Positions 40,239 through 49,296 of a stretch of DNA of 64,000 bases are shown one piece after another; the stretch's first letter is position 1, and each line of letters begins with the position of its first letter. This DNA comes from Candidatus Kaiserbacteria bacterium (GTDB lineage Bacteria; Patescibacteriota; Minisyncoccia; Phycocordibacterales; JABAAK01). The stretch covers positions 609 through 64,608 of the forward strand of contig JAPPJI010000025.1 in NCBI GenBank assembly GCA_028820405.1, given 5' to 3'. The notes under the pieces are model-generated. The model was not told the DNA's origin and made no database searches. It saw nothing but the letters and a program-made list of their open reading frames with translations. The translations under genes and the position numbers were made by a program.

Positions 40239-40301
40239 ATTGGTGCACAGTATATCGTAGTGCAAAAAAGAAAGGCCACCTACTCAGTAGGCAGCCTTTG
40301 G

Positions 40302-40826
40302 TTAATCCTTGCAAGGAACGGGAACATGAACGATGGTACGCTTCAGTTCAATATCCCACCCTCTTTCATTGTCAGCAGAAATGACACGCATCTTCGTCCG
40401 TCGCTTTGGCTTCATGCCGCAGGCGTCGGTGACGAAACGCCACTCCGAGTCCTCAAGGTTGTCCCACGCTTCATAAGAGACATTGTTAGCGGCAAAAGCA
40501 TTGTCCCCTATCGCAAGGGATCGAAATATCAGTATCGCCGAATCAAGTGTCATGCGCTCAAGTGTTGAGAAGAATACGTCCCTCTCAGGTCCCGTGATCG
40601 CCCCAGTCCGGACAATCTCCTTCTTAACTGCTTCAAGCAGGTCACTTCGCTCCAAGACGACGGTACTTCCTCCGTCCTCAATCTCTGAGATGACCCGCTC
40701 AACCGCATTGACGACCGCATCTTCGTGAGCGATGTTCGTTCTCGTACTGACCGAACCAATAGAGATGGGTTCAGCGGCAGCGAGACCGGTGAGGAGAAGG
40801 GTGCTTGTGAACAGTGCCAGCAGCAA
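40302..40826 (-). CDS. hypothetical secreted protein
   Basis: The signal peptide is MLLALFTSTLLLTGLAAA. Confidence 0.5.
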   Translation of the reverse strand: MLLALFTSTLLLTGLAAAEPISIGSVSTRTNIAHEDAVVNAVERVISEIEDGGSTVVLERSDLLEAVKKEIVRTGAITGPERDVFFSTLERMTLDSAILIFRSLAIGDNAFAANNVSYEAWDNLEDSEWRFVTDACGMKPKRRTKMRVISADNERGWDIELKRTIVHVPVPCKD

Positions 40827-40976
40827 GATGAACTCCTTTCTTTATGAGGTGCAGGGATTTCTCTCCATATATTTTATACAATAAATAAATAAAAAAAGCA
40901 ATGTTTACAGGGGTTTTGTGCAAAAAAAAAGCCCCGCGTCCTCTCAAACGCGGGGCTGATAACACACACTATCTCA

Positions 40977-41681
40977 CTAATTCCGCCCCTTTTGGAACAG
41001 GAAGCGGTACGCGAAGAACATGATGGCGATGACGAGAAGAGCAGACAGCACCCATACGCCAATAGCGATGAGGCCGATCCATTCACTGTCACTACCAGCG
41101 GTAGGGTCCGCCGGCTGAGTCGTGACACCAGAGTCATCTCCGTCAACAACGGCCGGCAGCGGGCTGCCACCGTTATCGTCAACAACGATCGGGTCCGCAT
41201 CAACGTGCGGAGCGGGAGCCGTCGCCACGTGCTGAGATTTCGCCTGCTTGGCCGAAGCCAGCACGGTCTCAGTCACGCTCTTGACCATGTCGTGGAAGAA
41301 CGGCAACGCCGAGTTGTAGTCGGAGTTGGTGTTCAGCGTAACTTTCAAGACGTAGTCACCCAAAGCTTCGATGACGGCAACTAGCTCGTCCGTCGTCAAA
41401 CCGGTGTCCCGGCCGCGGAAGTGTTCTTCCATGCACTTGGTGAAGACGTTCTCGTCCATTCCGCCGGACTGACCGCGCAACGTCACGTCGAGGCAGTTAC
41501 CTGCGACGACCTGGAAAGAGGTGGACACCTCACCGTCGATGTAGATCTTGTCCGACTGCTTGTTGGCCTCGGCCTCGATCTGAGCGGCCTTGTGAGCCAG
41601 CATCTTGTCGAGGACGTTCTCCGCCGAAGCGATGTTCACCCCGACGATCGTGATGAGTACTAACGAAAAGAAGCGGGTCAT
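40977..41681 (-). CDS. hypothetical surface protein with a signal peptide and a C-terminal transmembrane anchor
   Basis: The signal peptide is MTRFFSLVLITIVGVNIASA. The C-terminus is WIGLIAIGVWVLSALLVIAIMFF. The motif VVDDNGGSPLPAVV is shared with the next gene. Confidence 0.5.
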   Translation of the reverse strand: MTRFFSLVLITIVGVNIASAENVLDKMLAHKAAQIEAEANKQSDKIYIDGEVSTSFQVVAGNCLDVTLRGQSGGMDENVFTKCMEEHFRGRDTGLTTDELVAVIEALGDYVLKVTLNTNSDYNSALPFFHDMVKSVTETVLASAKQAKSQHVATAPAPHVDADPIVVDDNGGSPLPAVVDGDDSGVTTQPADPTAGSDSEWIGLIAIGVWVLSALLVIAIMFFAYRFLFQKGRN

Positions 41682-41696
41682 TGTAATTTCTCCTTC

Positions 41697-42293
41697 TTAT
41701 TTGGATTGGTTGAGACGAATCTGGGACCCGTCGCCGTGAATGATTTTCGTGTCCAGCCGAATGCCGCCGCCAATGTAGACACCTACCTGGCGCTTCTGCT
41801 CTTCGACTGCCGGAACTTCGATCTCTTCCTCTTCGTCAGTAGAACTGTCGTTGAGTTCGAGTACCGCGTCAACCTCAGGACCTTCGATAAGACCGAGTTC
41901 CTTCAGCTTGCGCAGTGTGTCAACCTGGTCGCCGGTCAGAGGACGGTCGTCCTCTTCCCACAGCGGAACCCGGTCACCTTCTTCAGCGTTATCGTTGACA
42001 CGCTGTAAGACGGTATTCACCTGCTCCTTCACGGACTGGACATCAGGGGCGTCCAAACCGCGAATCTTCAACGCGTTACCATATACACCAGTGGTGCTGG
42101 TAGAAACGTTGCCCTTCACGACCACATCGGCCTCATCCTCGATCTCCTTGAGCTCTTCAGCAGTCAGGGAAACCGACGGGAGGGGCGAGCCGTTGTCTTC
42201 GACGACGGCGGGCTTGTTGCCCAGCGAGTGGGCCGTAGCGCAACCCGTCAACGCGACGTAAGCGACGGTGAGGAATTGCAACAGAACTTTCAT
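41697..42293 (-). CDS. lipoprotein, hypothetical
   Basis: It has an LTGC lipobox. The motif VVEDNGSPLPSV is shared with the upstream gene. Confidence 0.55.
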   Translation of the reverse strand: MKVLLQFLTVAYVALTGCATAHSLGNKPAVVEDNGSPLPSVSLTAEELKEIEDEADVVVKGNVSTSTTGVYGNALKIRGLDAPDVQSVKEQVNTVLQRVNDNAEEGDRVPLWEEDDRPLTGDQVDTLRKLKELGLIEGPEVDAVLELNDSSTDEEEEIEVPAVEEQKRQVGVYIGGGIRLDTKIIHGDGSQIRLNQSK

Positions 42294-42626
42294 GTTTGAT
42301 CTCCTTTTGGGTATGAGAAGAAAGAAATAGAGTGGTATAGAGAGTTGTGTGTGTTAAAATTCACCTCAACACAAAGCAGATAATCCACGTGCCAGACGTT
42401 CTGGACCGTTTCGTATCTCCTTTTTATGTAGATGTGTTGAGTTAATTTCTAACTACAAGATTATACAAAAGTGAAAAAATGTCAAGTTTTTCCTGTTTTA
42501 CCCCTATAAATACTGGATATTTTCAAAGTCCGCCAATCCACAAAGAAGGGAAAATGGTTGATTTTTAGGGTATACTTTAACTAAAAGACCGTCGTTTGCA
42601 AGGTCTTTTCTCCCCTACATTCCTAT

Positions 42627-44447
42627 ATGCGGAACCGTTACCTCCCACTGCAGCCTACAGCAGGCCTTATCGGCAAACTCCCCGCATCAGATCGCCTTAT
42701 TTTCTGCCTCCTTTTCCTTGCACTGGTCACTCAGTTTTTCTTCGTCCTGCATTACGCAAACCAAGCATACGTTATCGAGACGCCGCTTCGGGGGGGTACA
42801 TTGCGCGAAGGAACCGTCGGCGCTATTGCCCATCGAAACCCGATCTTTGCGAACAGCCCGGGGGAGAAAACGCTCGCAACCCTCCTCCACGCCGGACTCC
42901 TGAGGCGAACCCCTACCGGCACCCTGACAACCGAACTTGCTGAACATTGGCAGCAGGAAGGAAATCGGTTCACCTTTTGGATTCGCGGTACCGCGACATT
43001 CCATGACGGTTTTCCGGTCACTGCAAATGACGTTGTCCATACCATATCTATGATACGTGCCAGAGACCATGACCCACACAGCCCATGGCACGATGTCATC
43101 GCCGAGGAAAAAGACGAACAGACCGTCGTGGTCACTATCCCCGAAGGAAACCTCTTTTTCCCCGAACAGTTCACCGCACCGATTCTTCCGCAGCACGTTT
43201 GGAAAAAAATACCGACCGATCAGCAAAAAACATATCAGGGGTCCGGCGTGCACATCGGTGCAGGACCGTTTCGATATGAACGAGAGGTCTTTCAAGACAT
43301 TGAACAGCCAAAAAGTATTACGCTTTCAGCATACCCTGCGTACGTGTTCGGCCGACCGTACCTTGACCGCATTGTCATACACCTCTACGGATCACCATCT
43401 GACCTCGTCAGAGCATATCATCGGAATGAGATTGACGCACTGCACAGTATTTCCCCGTCAGAAATAGCTTTGATCACGCAACAGGGGAGCGGAACCCTCT
43501 ATACCGCATCAACCAACCGACTGTTCGGCATATTTTTTAACACTGAAGACGGTCATCTGCTGCAGGACCCTTTCCTGCGAAGTGTTCTCTCTCAGTACGT
43601 TGATCGGAATCGTATCGTTGGAGATGTTTTCCTGAATTTTGCAACGGCAACACAGGCACCGCTGCCATCTGATGCCGACACAGTCTGGCGGGACGTTACC
43701 CACAATGACCTTGCACAAACACTCGAAGACATCGGATGGATCATTGACCCTGAAAGTGGTGTCCGGGTGAAAAACGAAACGCCACTCCACCTTGCACTGG
43801 TGACCCCTGACGTACAAGACATGCGGTCAATCGCACAAATTATCACGGACGATTGGAGAGAGCTCGGTATTGCCGTTACGGTCACAGATCTCCCGCCGGA
43901 CCTCGTATCCATTGCAATACGTGACGGAACGTTTGACGCAACCTTGTACGGCTATGAGGCGGAAAAACCGACAGACCTGGTGCCGTTATGGCTCTCAAGT
44001 GATGCCGTCAACATTGCCATGGCGACAAACTTTGGAAGCCCAACCCTTAACAAGCTCCTCAATGATCTCGGGCAACAAGACCCGCCCGAACGCTTCTCCA
44101 CCGGCCAAACTGACAGATGGCGTTCTCTGGTGTATGATGAGGTTAAGGCAGAGATGCTTCAGAGTGTTCCCGCTGTATTTCTCTACTCGCCGCAATTCCT
44201 CTTTGTCATGCCAACAAGATTGAAAGGAATCGGGGCGGGGGGCAGATCTCTTGGTCACGTTACCGACCCCAGTGATCGGTTTATTGATGTCCATACGTGG
44301 CATACCCGACGGGAGCGGGTATGGCGTATCCTACAGCATCACCATCGTATTTATACCTATGACGACACGAAACAACGGCAGACGACAGGCACGAGGACAG
44401 CGGTCTCAGAGACGACCGCCCCATCGCCACGGTCAGCCTGGGAATAA
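42627..44447 (+). CDS. ABC transporter substrate-binding protein, family 5-like (peptide/nickel type), orphan
   Basis: It has an N-terminal transmembrane anchor and an SBP_bac_5-like layout. No permease genes are adjacent. The 3' end overlaps the RNase J paralog start, so the stop and start are uncertain. Confidence 0.55.
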   Translation: MRNRYLPLQPTAGLIGKLPASDRLIFCLLFLALVTQFFFVLHYANQAYVIETPLRGGTLREGTVGAIAHRNPIFANSPGEKTLATLLHAGLLRRTPTGTLTTELAEHWQQEGNRFTFWIRGTATFHDGFPVTANDVVHTISMIRARDHDPHSPWHDVIAEEKDEQTVVVTIPEGNLFFPEQFTAPILPQHVWKKIPTDQQKTYQGSGVHIGAGPFRYEREVFQDIEQPKSITLSAYPAYVFGRPYLDRIVIHLYGSPSDLVRAYHRNEIDALHSISPSEIALITQQGSGTLYTASTNRLFGIFFNTEDGHLLQDPFLRSVLSQYVDRNRIVGDVFLNFATATQAPLPSDADTVWRDVTHNDLAQTLEDIGWIIDPESGVRVKNETPLHLALVTPDVQDMRSIAQIITDDWRELGIAVTVTDLPPDLVSIAIRDGTFDATLYGYEAEKPTDLVPLWLSSDAVNIAMATNFGSPTLNKLLNDLGQQDPPERFSTGQTDRWRSLVYDEVKAEMLQSVPAVFLYSPQFLFVMPTRLKGIGAGGRSLGHVTDPSDRFIDVHTWHTRRERVWRILQHHHRIYTYDDTKQRQTTGTRTAVSETTAPSPRSAWE

Positions 44448-46146
44448 GCAGGCCTTTATTCCGAGACCCGGACACAATGAGCTGCGCATTGTCACGCTCG
44501 GCGGTGTCTCAGAAATCGGAAAGAACATGTATGCCGTTGAGTACAACGACAGCATCATTCTCCTGGAATGCGGAACTATGTTCGGTGAGAGCGCCACACC
44601 CGGTATTGACGCCGTGATGCCGAACGTCCAATATCTCAAGAACAGAAAACAGGCACTGCAGGCACTTGTCCTCTCTGACGCTTCTTTGCAGCACACCGGT
44701 GCCATTGCCAACGTTGTTCGGGAACTCGGACCCTTTCCCATTTACTCGAGAAAACTGACGCAGGCAGTTGTCGAAAACCGGCTGCGACAATCTCGACGGT
44801 CACCGTCCCTTGATTTTCACCCGATTGAAGAAGAAACCTCGGTGAGTCTTCAGAACGGCATATCTCTTCACTTCTTCGGTGTCTCAGCCGGTTCTCCGAC
44901 AACACTCGGCGTTGTGATTGAAACACCGACCGGTTCGGTGGCATACACAGGATCACTCGGTCCGGACCACAAAGACGGCACGGTCTCCGCCGGTGAAGAG
45001 AAACGGTTTGCCCGTCTCAGAAACACGGATGTTCTTCTCAGTCTCGCAGATTCGGTGAACGCAGAACGTCCGGGGCTCTCTCTGACTGACGAGGCTGTCG
45101 CTACTGATGTGCTGAGTATGGTTGCAGAGGCTCCCGGTCGTGTTCTCGCTCCGCTCATCCATTCGCAGGTCAAACGAAACTGCACTATTATTGAAGGTGC
45201 GCTCAAACAAGGTCGCCGGGTGTATGTTGAAGATTCACTTCTCCTTGACAACTTGATGACGGCATGTGATCTCGGCATCACTGACGTGCCGAAAGAATCA
45301 ATTCGGTCAATCCAGGACCTTGATGAAACGAATGATTCAAAGAAAGTACTGCTCCTCTTTTCCGGCGGGGAAAACGAAGACTACCCGTCCCTTGAGAGAG
45401 TCTCGCTTGATATGAACAAACGCGTTAAAATTGAATACGACGACTCTGTTATCTTCCCGTCTCCAATTATTGCGGCAAGTGCGCGGGCAATTCAGGATAT
45501 GAAAGACCGACTCTCCCGGCTCGGTGCATCTATCCTGTCATACAACACCAGTGATGCACGGGGGAGTATTCACCCATCAAAAGATGAACTCAGCTGGATA
45601 CACCGGCAGAGCAATCCGAAGTTTTTCGTCCCGGTCCAGGGATACCACTACATGCTGACCGCACACACGCATATTCTGCAGAGCACCGGTATGGCAAAGG
45701 ACTCCTGCATCATTCCGGACAACGGATCCCTCATTGACATCAGCCCGGACGGATCATCGATGAAGGTACAGAAGCAGAAGGCATTGAGCACGCCGGTCTC
45801 TGCAGACGGTCACCTGTCCTCAATGGTGCAGGATGTCGTCATACAAGATCGACAGACACTCTCACAAGAAGGTGTTTTCATTGTCATTATCTTTATCGAC
45901 CAGCGACGTCTGACACTGAAAAAATCTCCTGATGTTATTTCCCGAGGGTTTGTCTATCTTCGAGAGTCTCGCGACCTTGTCTCGCATGCCCGCATCATCG
46001 TAAAGAAGGTTGCGGAACGGGAGGCAAAGAAAGCGGGTCGTATTGACATTGAAACCATGAAAAAAGCGGTTAAGAAGGAACTGCAGTCGTTCCTTATCGG
46101 CGAGACGAATAAACGTCCGATCGTTATCCCTGTTGTGTTTACCTAA
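44359..46146 (+). CDS. RNase J paralog with degenerate catalytic motifs (likely a pseudo-enzyme)
   Basis: It is full-length with a beta-lactamase/beta-CASP architecture and aligns to the downstream copy. SDASLQH replaces HxHxDH, ECG replaces DCG, and PVQGYHY replaces PIHGYHY. Confidence 0.7.
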   Translation: MTTRNNGRRQARGQRSQRRPPHRHGQPGNKQAFIPRPGHNELRIVTLGGVSEIGKNMYAVEYNDSIILLECGTMFGESATPGIDAVMPNVQYLKNRKQALQALVLSDASLQHTGAIANVVRELGPFPIYSRKLTQAVVENRLRQSRRSPSLDFHPIEEETSVSLQNGISLHFFGVSAGSPTTLGVVIETPTGSVAYTGSLGPDHKDGTVSAGEEKRFARLRNTDVLLSLADSVNAERPGLSLTDEAVATDVLSMVAEAPGRVLAPLIHSQVKRNCTIIEGALKQGRRVYVEDSLLLDNLMTACDLGITDVPKESIRSIQDLDETNDSKKVLLLFSGGENEDYPSLERVSLDMNKRVKIEYDDSVIFPSPIIAASARAIQDMKDRLSRLGASILSYNTSDARGSIHPSKDELSWIHRQSNPKFFVPVQGYHYMLTAHTHILQSTGMAKDSCIIPDNGSLIDISPDGSSMKVQKQKALSTPVSADGHLSSMVQDVVIQDRQTLSQEGVFIVIIFIDQRRLTLKKSPDVISRGFVYLRESRDLVSHARIIVKKVAEREAKKAGRIDIETMKKAVKKELQSFLIGETNKRPIVIPVVFT

Positions 46147-46159
46147 CCTATACTTACCT

Positions 46160-48001
46160 ATGAATACCAGATCAAAACAATCACCGAACAGAGATGAAGG
46201 AAAGAAGACCCCGCTTCCGCGAGGTCTCAGGCAAAAGCCGATTCGTCAGCAAGGACCGTTAGTCGGAACACGGGAGCTCTCTGTCAGCGGTGACGTATCG
46301 TCAACACTCGACATTCCGAAACCGGAAAAGGGTGCAGTGCGGGTTCTCTTCTTCGGCGGCTGCGGTGAGATTGGTAAGAACATGTACGGTCTTGAGTGTA
46401 ACGGCGAGATCCTCCTCCTTGACTGCGGAATGAAGTTCGCAACCGAAGACACGCTCGGTGTTGATTTTCTCGTCCCGAATATCCAGTACCTCGAAGAGCG
46501 AAAAGACATGATCAAAGGTCTTGTTATTTCACACGCCCACCTTGACCATATTGGCGGCATCCCGGTTGTCCTGGATCGAATCGGCAATCCGCCCATCTTC
46601 TCACGGCGACTGAGCATTGAGTTCATCAAAAGTCGCCAGGGTGAGTTTGAGCTGAAGAAACCCGCCATCTATCACGAAGTTGAAAAGGAGACGACGCGAA
46701 AACTCTCTGACACCTACACGCTCACCTTCTTTTCTGTCACCCACACTATTCCGGACTCTATGGGTATCGTTATCGATACACCCATGGGATCCGTCGTATT
46801 TACCGGAGACCTTAAGCTGGCACACGACGGCGGCGTGGTTGACCCGAGCGAAGAGAAGGCATTCTCAATATTTAAAGACAGAAATATTCTCCTGACTATG
46901 GCGGACTCAACCAATGCCGATCGTCCGGGGTTCTCTCTGCCGGAAAAGAAAGTGGTTGAAACAATCGGTGAGATTATTAAAACAACAAAAGGTCGTATTG
47001 TTCTCTGTTCATTCTCCTCTCAAATTGAAAGAACGATTCATGTTATTGAACATGCCATTGCAAACGGACGAAAAATCATTGTGCAGGGACGATCAATGAT
47101 TACCAGTCTTACCATCGCATTTGACCTCGGTCTCCTGAAGATTCCGCCAAACGCTATTGTTCCTGTTGAATCCATGGGTGACTACCCGAAGGACAAACTG
47201 TTAATCCTTGCAACCGGAGCTCAGGGAGACAACTTTACCGCCCTTGACCGCATGTCCCGCAGCAGCCATCGGCACATAAAGCTCACGAGTGATGACACGA
47301 TTGTTTTTTCCTCGTCAGTAATCCCAGGGAACGAAGAACCGGTACAAAACCTCAAAGACCGTCTCTCTCGGCTCGGGGTTAACCTCATTACGTATCAGAC
47401 AAGTGACGTGCACTCAAGCGGTCACGCAAATCGTGACGAGCTTCGCTGGATACATGAGCACATCGGCGCAACATTCTTTACCCCCATCCACGGCTACCAC
47501 TATATGCTCTCCGCCCACGCACAAATCCTCCAAGAAATTGGCATGCCGAAGGAAAACACTGTTCTGCCGGATAACGGGGCTATCCTTGACATCAGTCCGG
47601 ACGGAAAAACTATCACCAGACGTGAAGAGATGATGCCGACCGAATTAACCGTTGTCGACGGAAACGCAATAGGGACTGTGCAGGATGTTGTGCTTGATGA
47701 TCGAAAAACACTCAGAAGTGAGGGCATCTTCGTCGTTATCGTCCTTGTCGACCAGGCAGCAAAGCGGGTACGAAAATCTCCTGATGTTATTTCCCGAGGT
47801 TTCGTCTATCTTCGAGAATCACAGAAGCTGGTCAATCGGGCACGATTCCTTGCCAAGAAGACAACGGAACAGCACATGAAACGAAATCGATTTATCAACA
47901 TTGACTCCCTCAAGCGGTCACTCACGAAAGACGTTCAGAACTTTCTTTTCTCTGAGACGAAGAAACGACCCATCGTTATTCCTGTTGTCTTTGTTACGTA
48001 G
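46160..48001 (+). CDS. rnj: ribonuclease J
   Basis: GGCGEIGKNMY, ISHAHLDHIGG, beta-CASP motifs (SSGHA, PIHGYHY) and a C-terminal domain match RNase J. Confidence 0.85.
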   Translation: MNTRSKQSPNRDEGKKTPLPRGLRQKPIRQQGPLVGTRELSVSGDVSSTLDIPKPEKGAVRVLFFGGCGEIGKNMYGLECNGEILLLDCGMKFATEDTLGVDFLVPNIQYLEERKDMIKGLVISHAHLDHIGGIPVVLDRIGNPPIFSRRLSIEFIKSRQGEFELKKPAIYHEVEKETTRKLSDTYTLTFFSVTHTIPDSMGIVIDTPMGSVVFTGDLKLAHDGGVVDPSEEKAFSIFKDRNILLTMADSTNADRPGFSLPEKKVVETIGEIIKTTKGRIVLCSFSSQIERTIHVIEHAIANGRKIIVQGRSMITSLTIAFDLGLLKIPPNAIVPVESMGDYPKDKLLILATGAQGDNFTALDRMSRSSHRHIKLTSDDTIVFSSSVIPGNEEPVQNLKDRLSRLGVNLITYQTSDVHSSGHANRDELRWIHEHIGATFFTPIHGYHYMLSAHAQILQEIGMPKENTVLPDNGAILDISPDGKTITRREEMMPTELTVVDGNAIGTVQDVVLDDRKTLRSEGIFVVIVLVDQAAKRVRKSPDVISRGFVYLRESQKLVNRARFLAKKTTEQHMKRNRFINIDSLKRSLTKDVQNFLFSETKKRPIVIPVVFVT

Positions 48002-48818
48002 CTGACTCACCGCAGAGGACATACCCTCCGCCACTTTTTTCAATCATCCCGTCACGAATCAATCCGCTGAGTGCCTGCTCCCACGTCTGCCGCGTGCAAG
48101 GAACTATGTGACGATCCGTTACCGAACAGGTACCGCTCACCAGCGTCTTGATGATGACACCTCGAGCCTGTCGAACCGATCCCTTGAATGTACCCTGCGA
48201 AGAAGTATTCCGACAACTCACTCGAATGCCGGACCGTTTGAGGTGTGCACCGTAGTCCATAAGAGCGGCATAGAGGTCACGGTACGCCAGTGATCGTCGC
48301 TCCGCTTCAGAAAGCAGACGCTCCATGACTGTTGCGATAGACGTGTCACTGACATCACTCTCACCGTGCATGCAATGGTGCACGACAACGGTCCGGATAT
48401 TTGTTTCAATTGCAATCGCCCGCTTGTTGTATGCAAAAATAACAATCGCCGCTGCAGTGTACGGACCGATCCCGGGGAGTGATCGGAGCGCTTCTTCATC
48501 TGACGGAACAATTCCGTCATGTTCACTCACAAGTAATTTCGCCGTGTTCTGCAGTGCAACTGCCCGTCGGTTATACCCAAGACCGACCCAACACGCAAGA
48601 ACATCTTGTCGCTTTGCACTTGCAAGATCGTGCACCGAAGGGAAGCGTGAGAGAAAGTTTGAAAATGCCTCAACGACACGACCGGTCTGTGTCTGCTGAA
48701 GCATGTACTCAGAAACGAGAACATGGTACGGATCATAGGATTGCCGCCACGGAAATGACCGGCGGTTATCTGTATCAAACTGCAGTACCTGAGAGAGAAG
48801 TGTGGAAACTGATGTCAT
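47994..48818 (-). CDS. HhH-GPD base-excision DNA glycosylase (MutY/Nth-like, no obvious Fe-S Cys cluster)
   Basis: FPWRQSYDPYHVLVSEYMLQQTQ and LPGIGPYTAAAI match the HhH-GPD family. Confidence 0.7.
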   Translation of the reverse strand: MTSVSTLLSQVLQFDTDNRRSFPWRQSYDPYHVLVSEYMLQQTQTGRVVEAFSNFLSRFPSVHDLASAKRQDVLACWVGLGYNRRAVALQNTAKLLVSEHDGIVPSDEEALRSLPGIGPYTAAAIVIFAYNKRAIAIETNIRTVVVHHCMHGESDVSDTSIATVMERLLSEAERRSLAYRDLYAALMDYGAHLKRSGIRVSCRNTSSQGTFKGSVRQARGVIIKTLVSGTCSVTDRHIVPCTRQTWEQALSGLIRDGMIEKSGGGYVLCGESAT

Positions 48819-48920
48819 GATTGATATGAGTATACGAACAAAACCCCCGGTCTCATAGTATGGACCGAGGGTTGTAAAAGAGAATTAGATGAGAACACGT
48901 TTGTGCTCAATGGTTATTGC

Positions 48921-48980
48921 AACAGTGTTACAATTTTTTACTTCAGCGTTGAATTGTAACGGTGTTACAATTTTGTAGTA
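48921..48980. promoter_or_regulatory. cluster of GTTACAAT(T) half-sites and palindromes upstream of the MutY-like gene
   Basis: GTGTTACAATTTT occurs twice, at 48925 and 48962. An inverted copy GAATTGTAAC is at 48951. The palindrome GTTAC-N9-GTAAC is at 48964..48982. Confidence 0.3.
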
Positions 48981-49296
48981 ACCTAGTGTTGTGTGCACAG
49001 CTTTCGGCCGTGCGGAGCAAGGAAAAAGAACATGGTTAAAGATCAAATGACGAGGTGAGGTAAAGTCATTCGTATGAACAACTCGTGTCCCTCATTATGG
49101 TGTGTCACCCGTTAATTGTTATGTGCCGGGATATGATATTCCTCGTCTGCTTCCTATACTACCCCCTCCCGAATACATAACAGTTACTGTGTGGAAAAAA
49201 TACGGTTGGCTGTTTTCACCTTTACTTTTCCTAGGTTTTTTCAGAACTACAGTATGTCAAAATCACCTCTCAGTGAGCTGACAACCATTCTGATCA

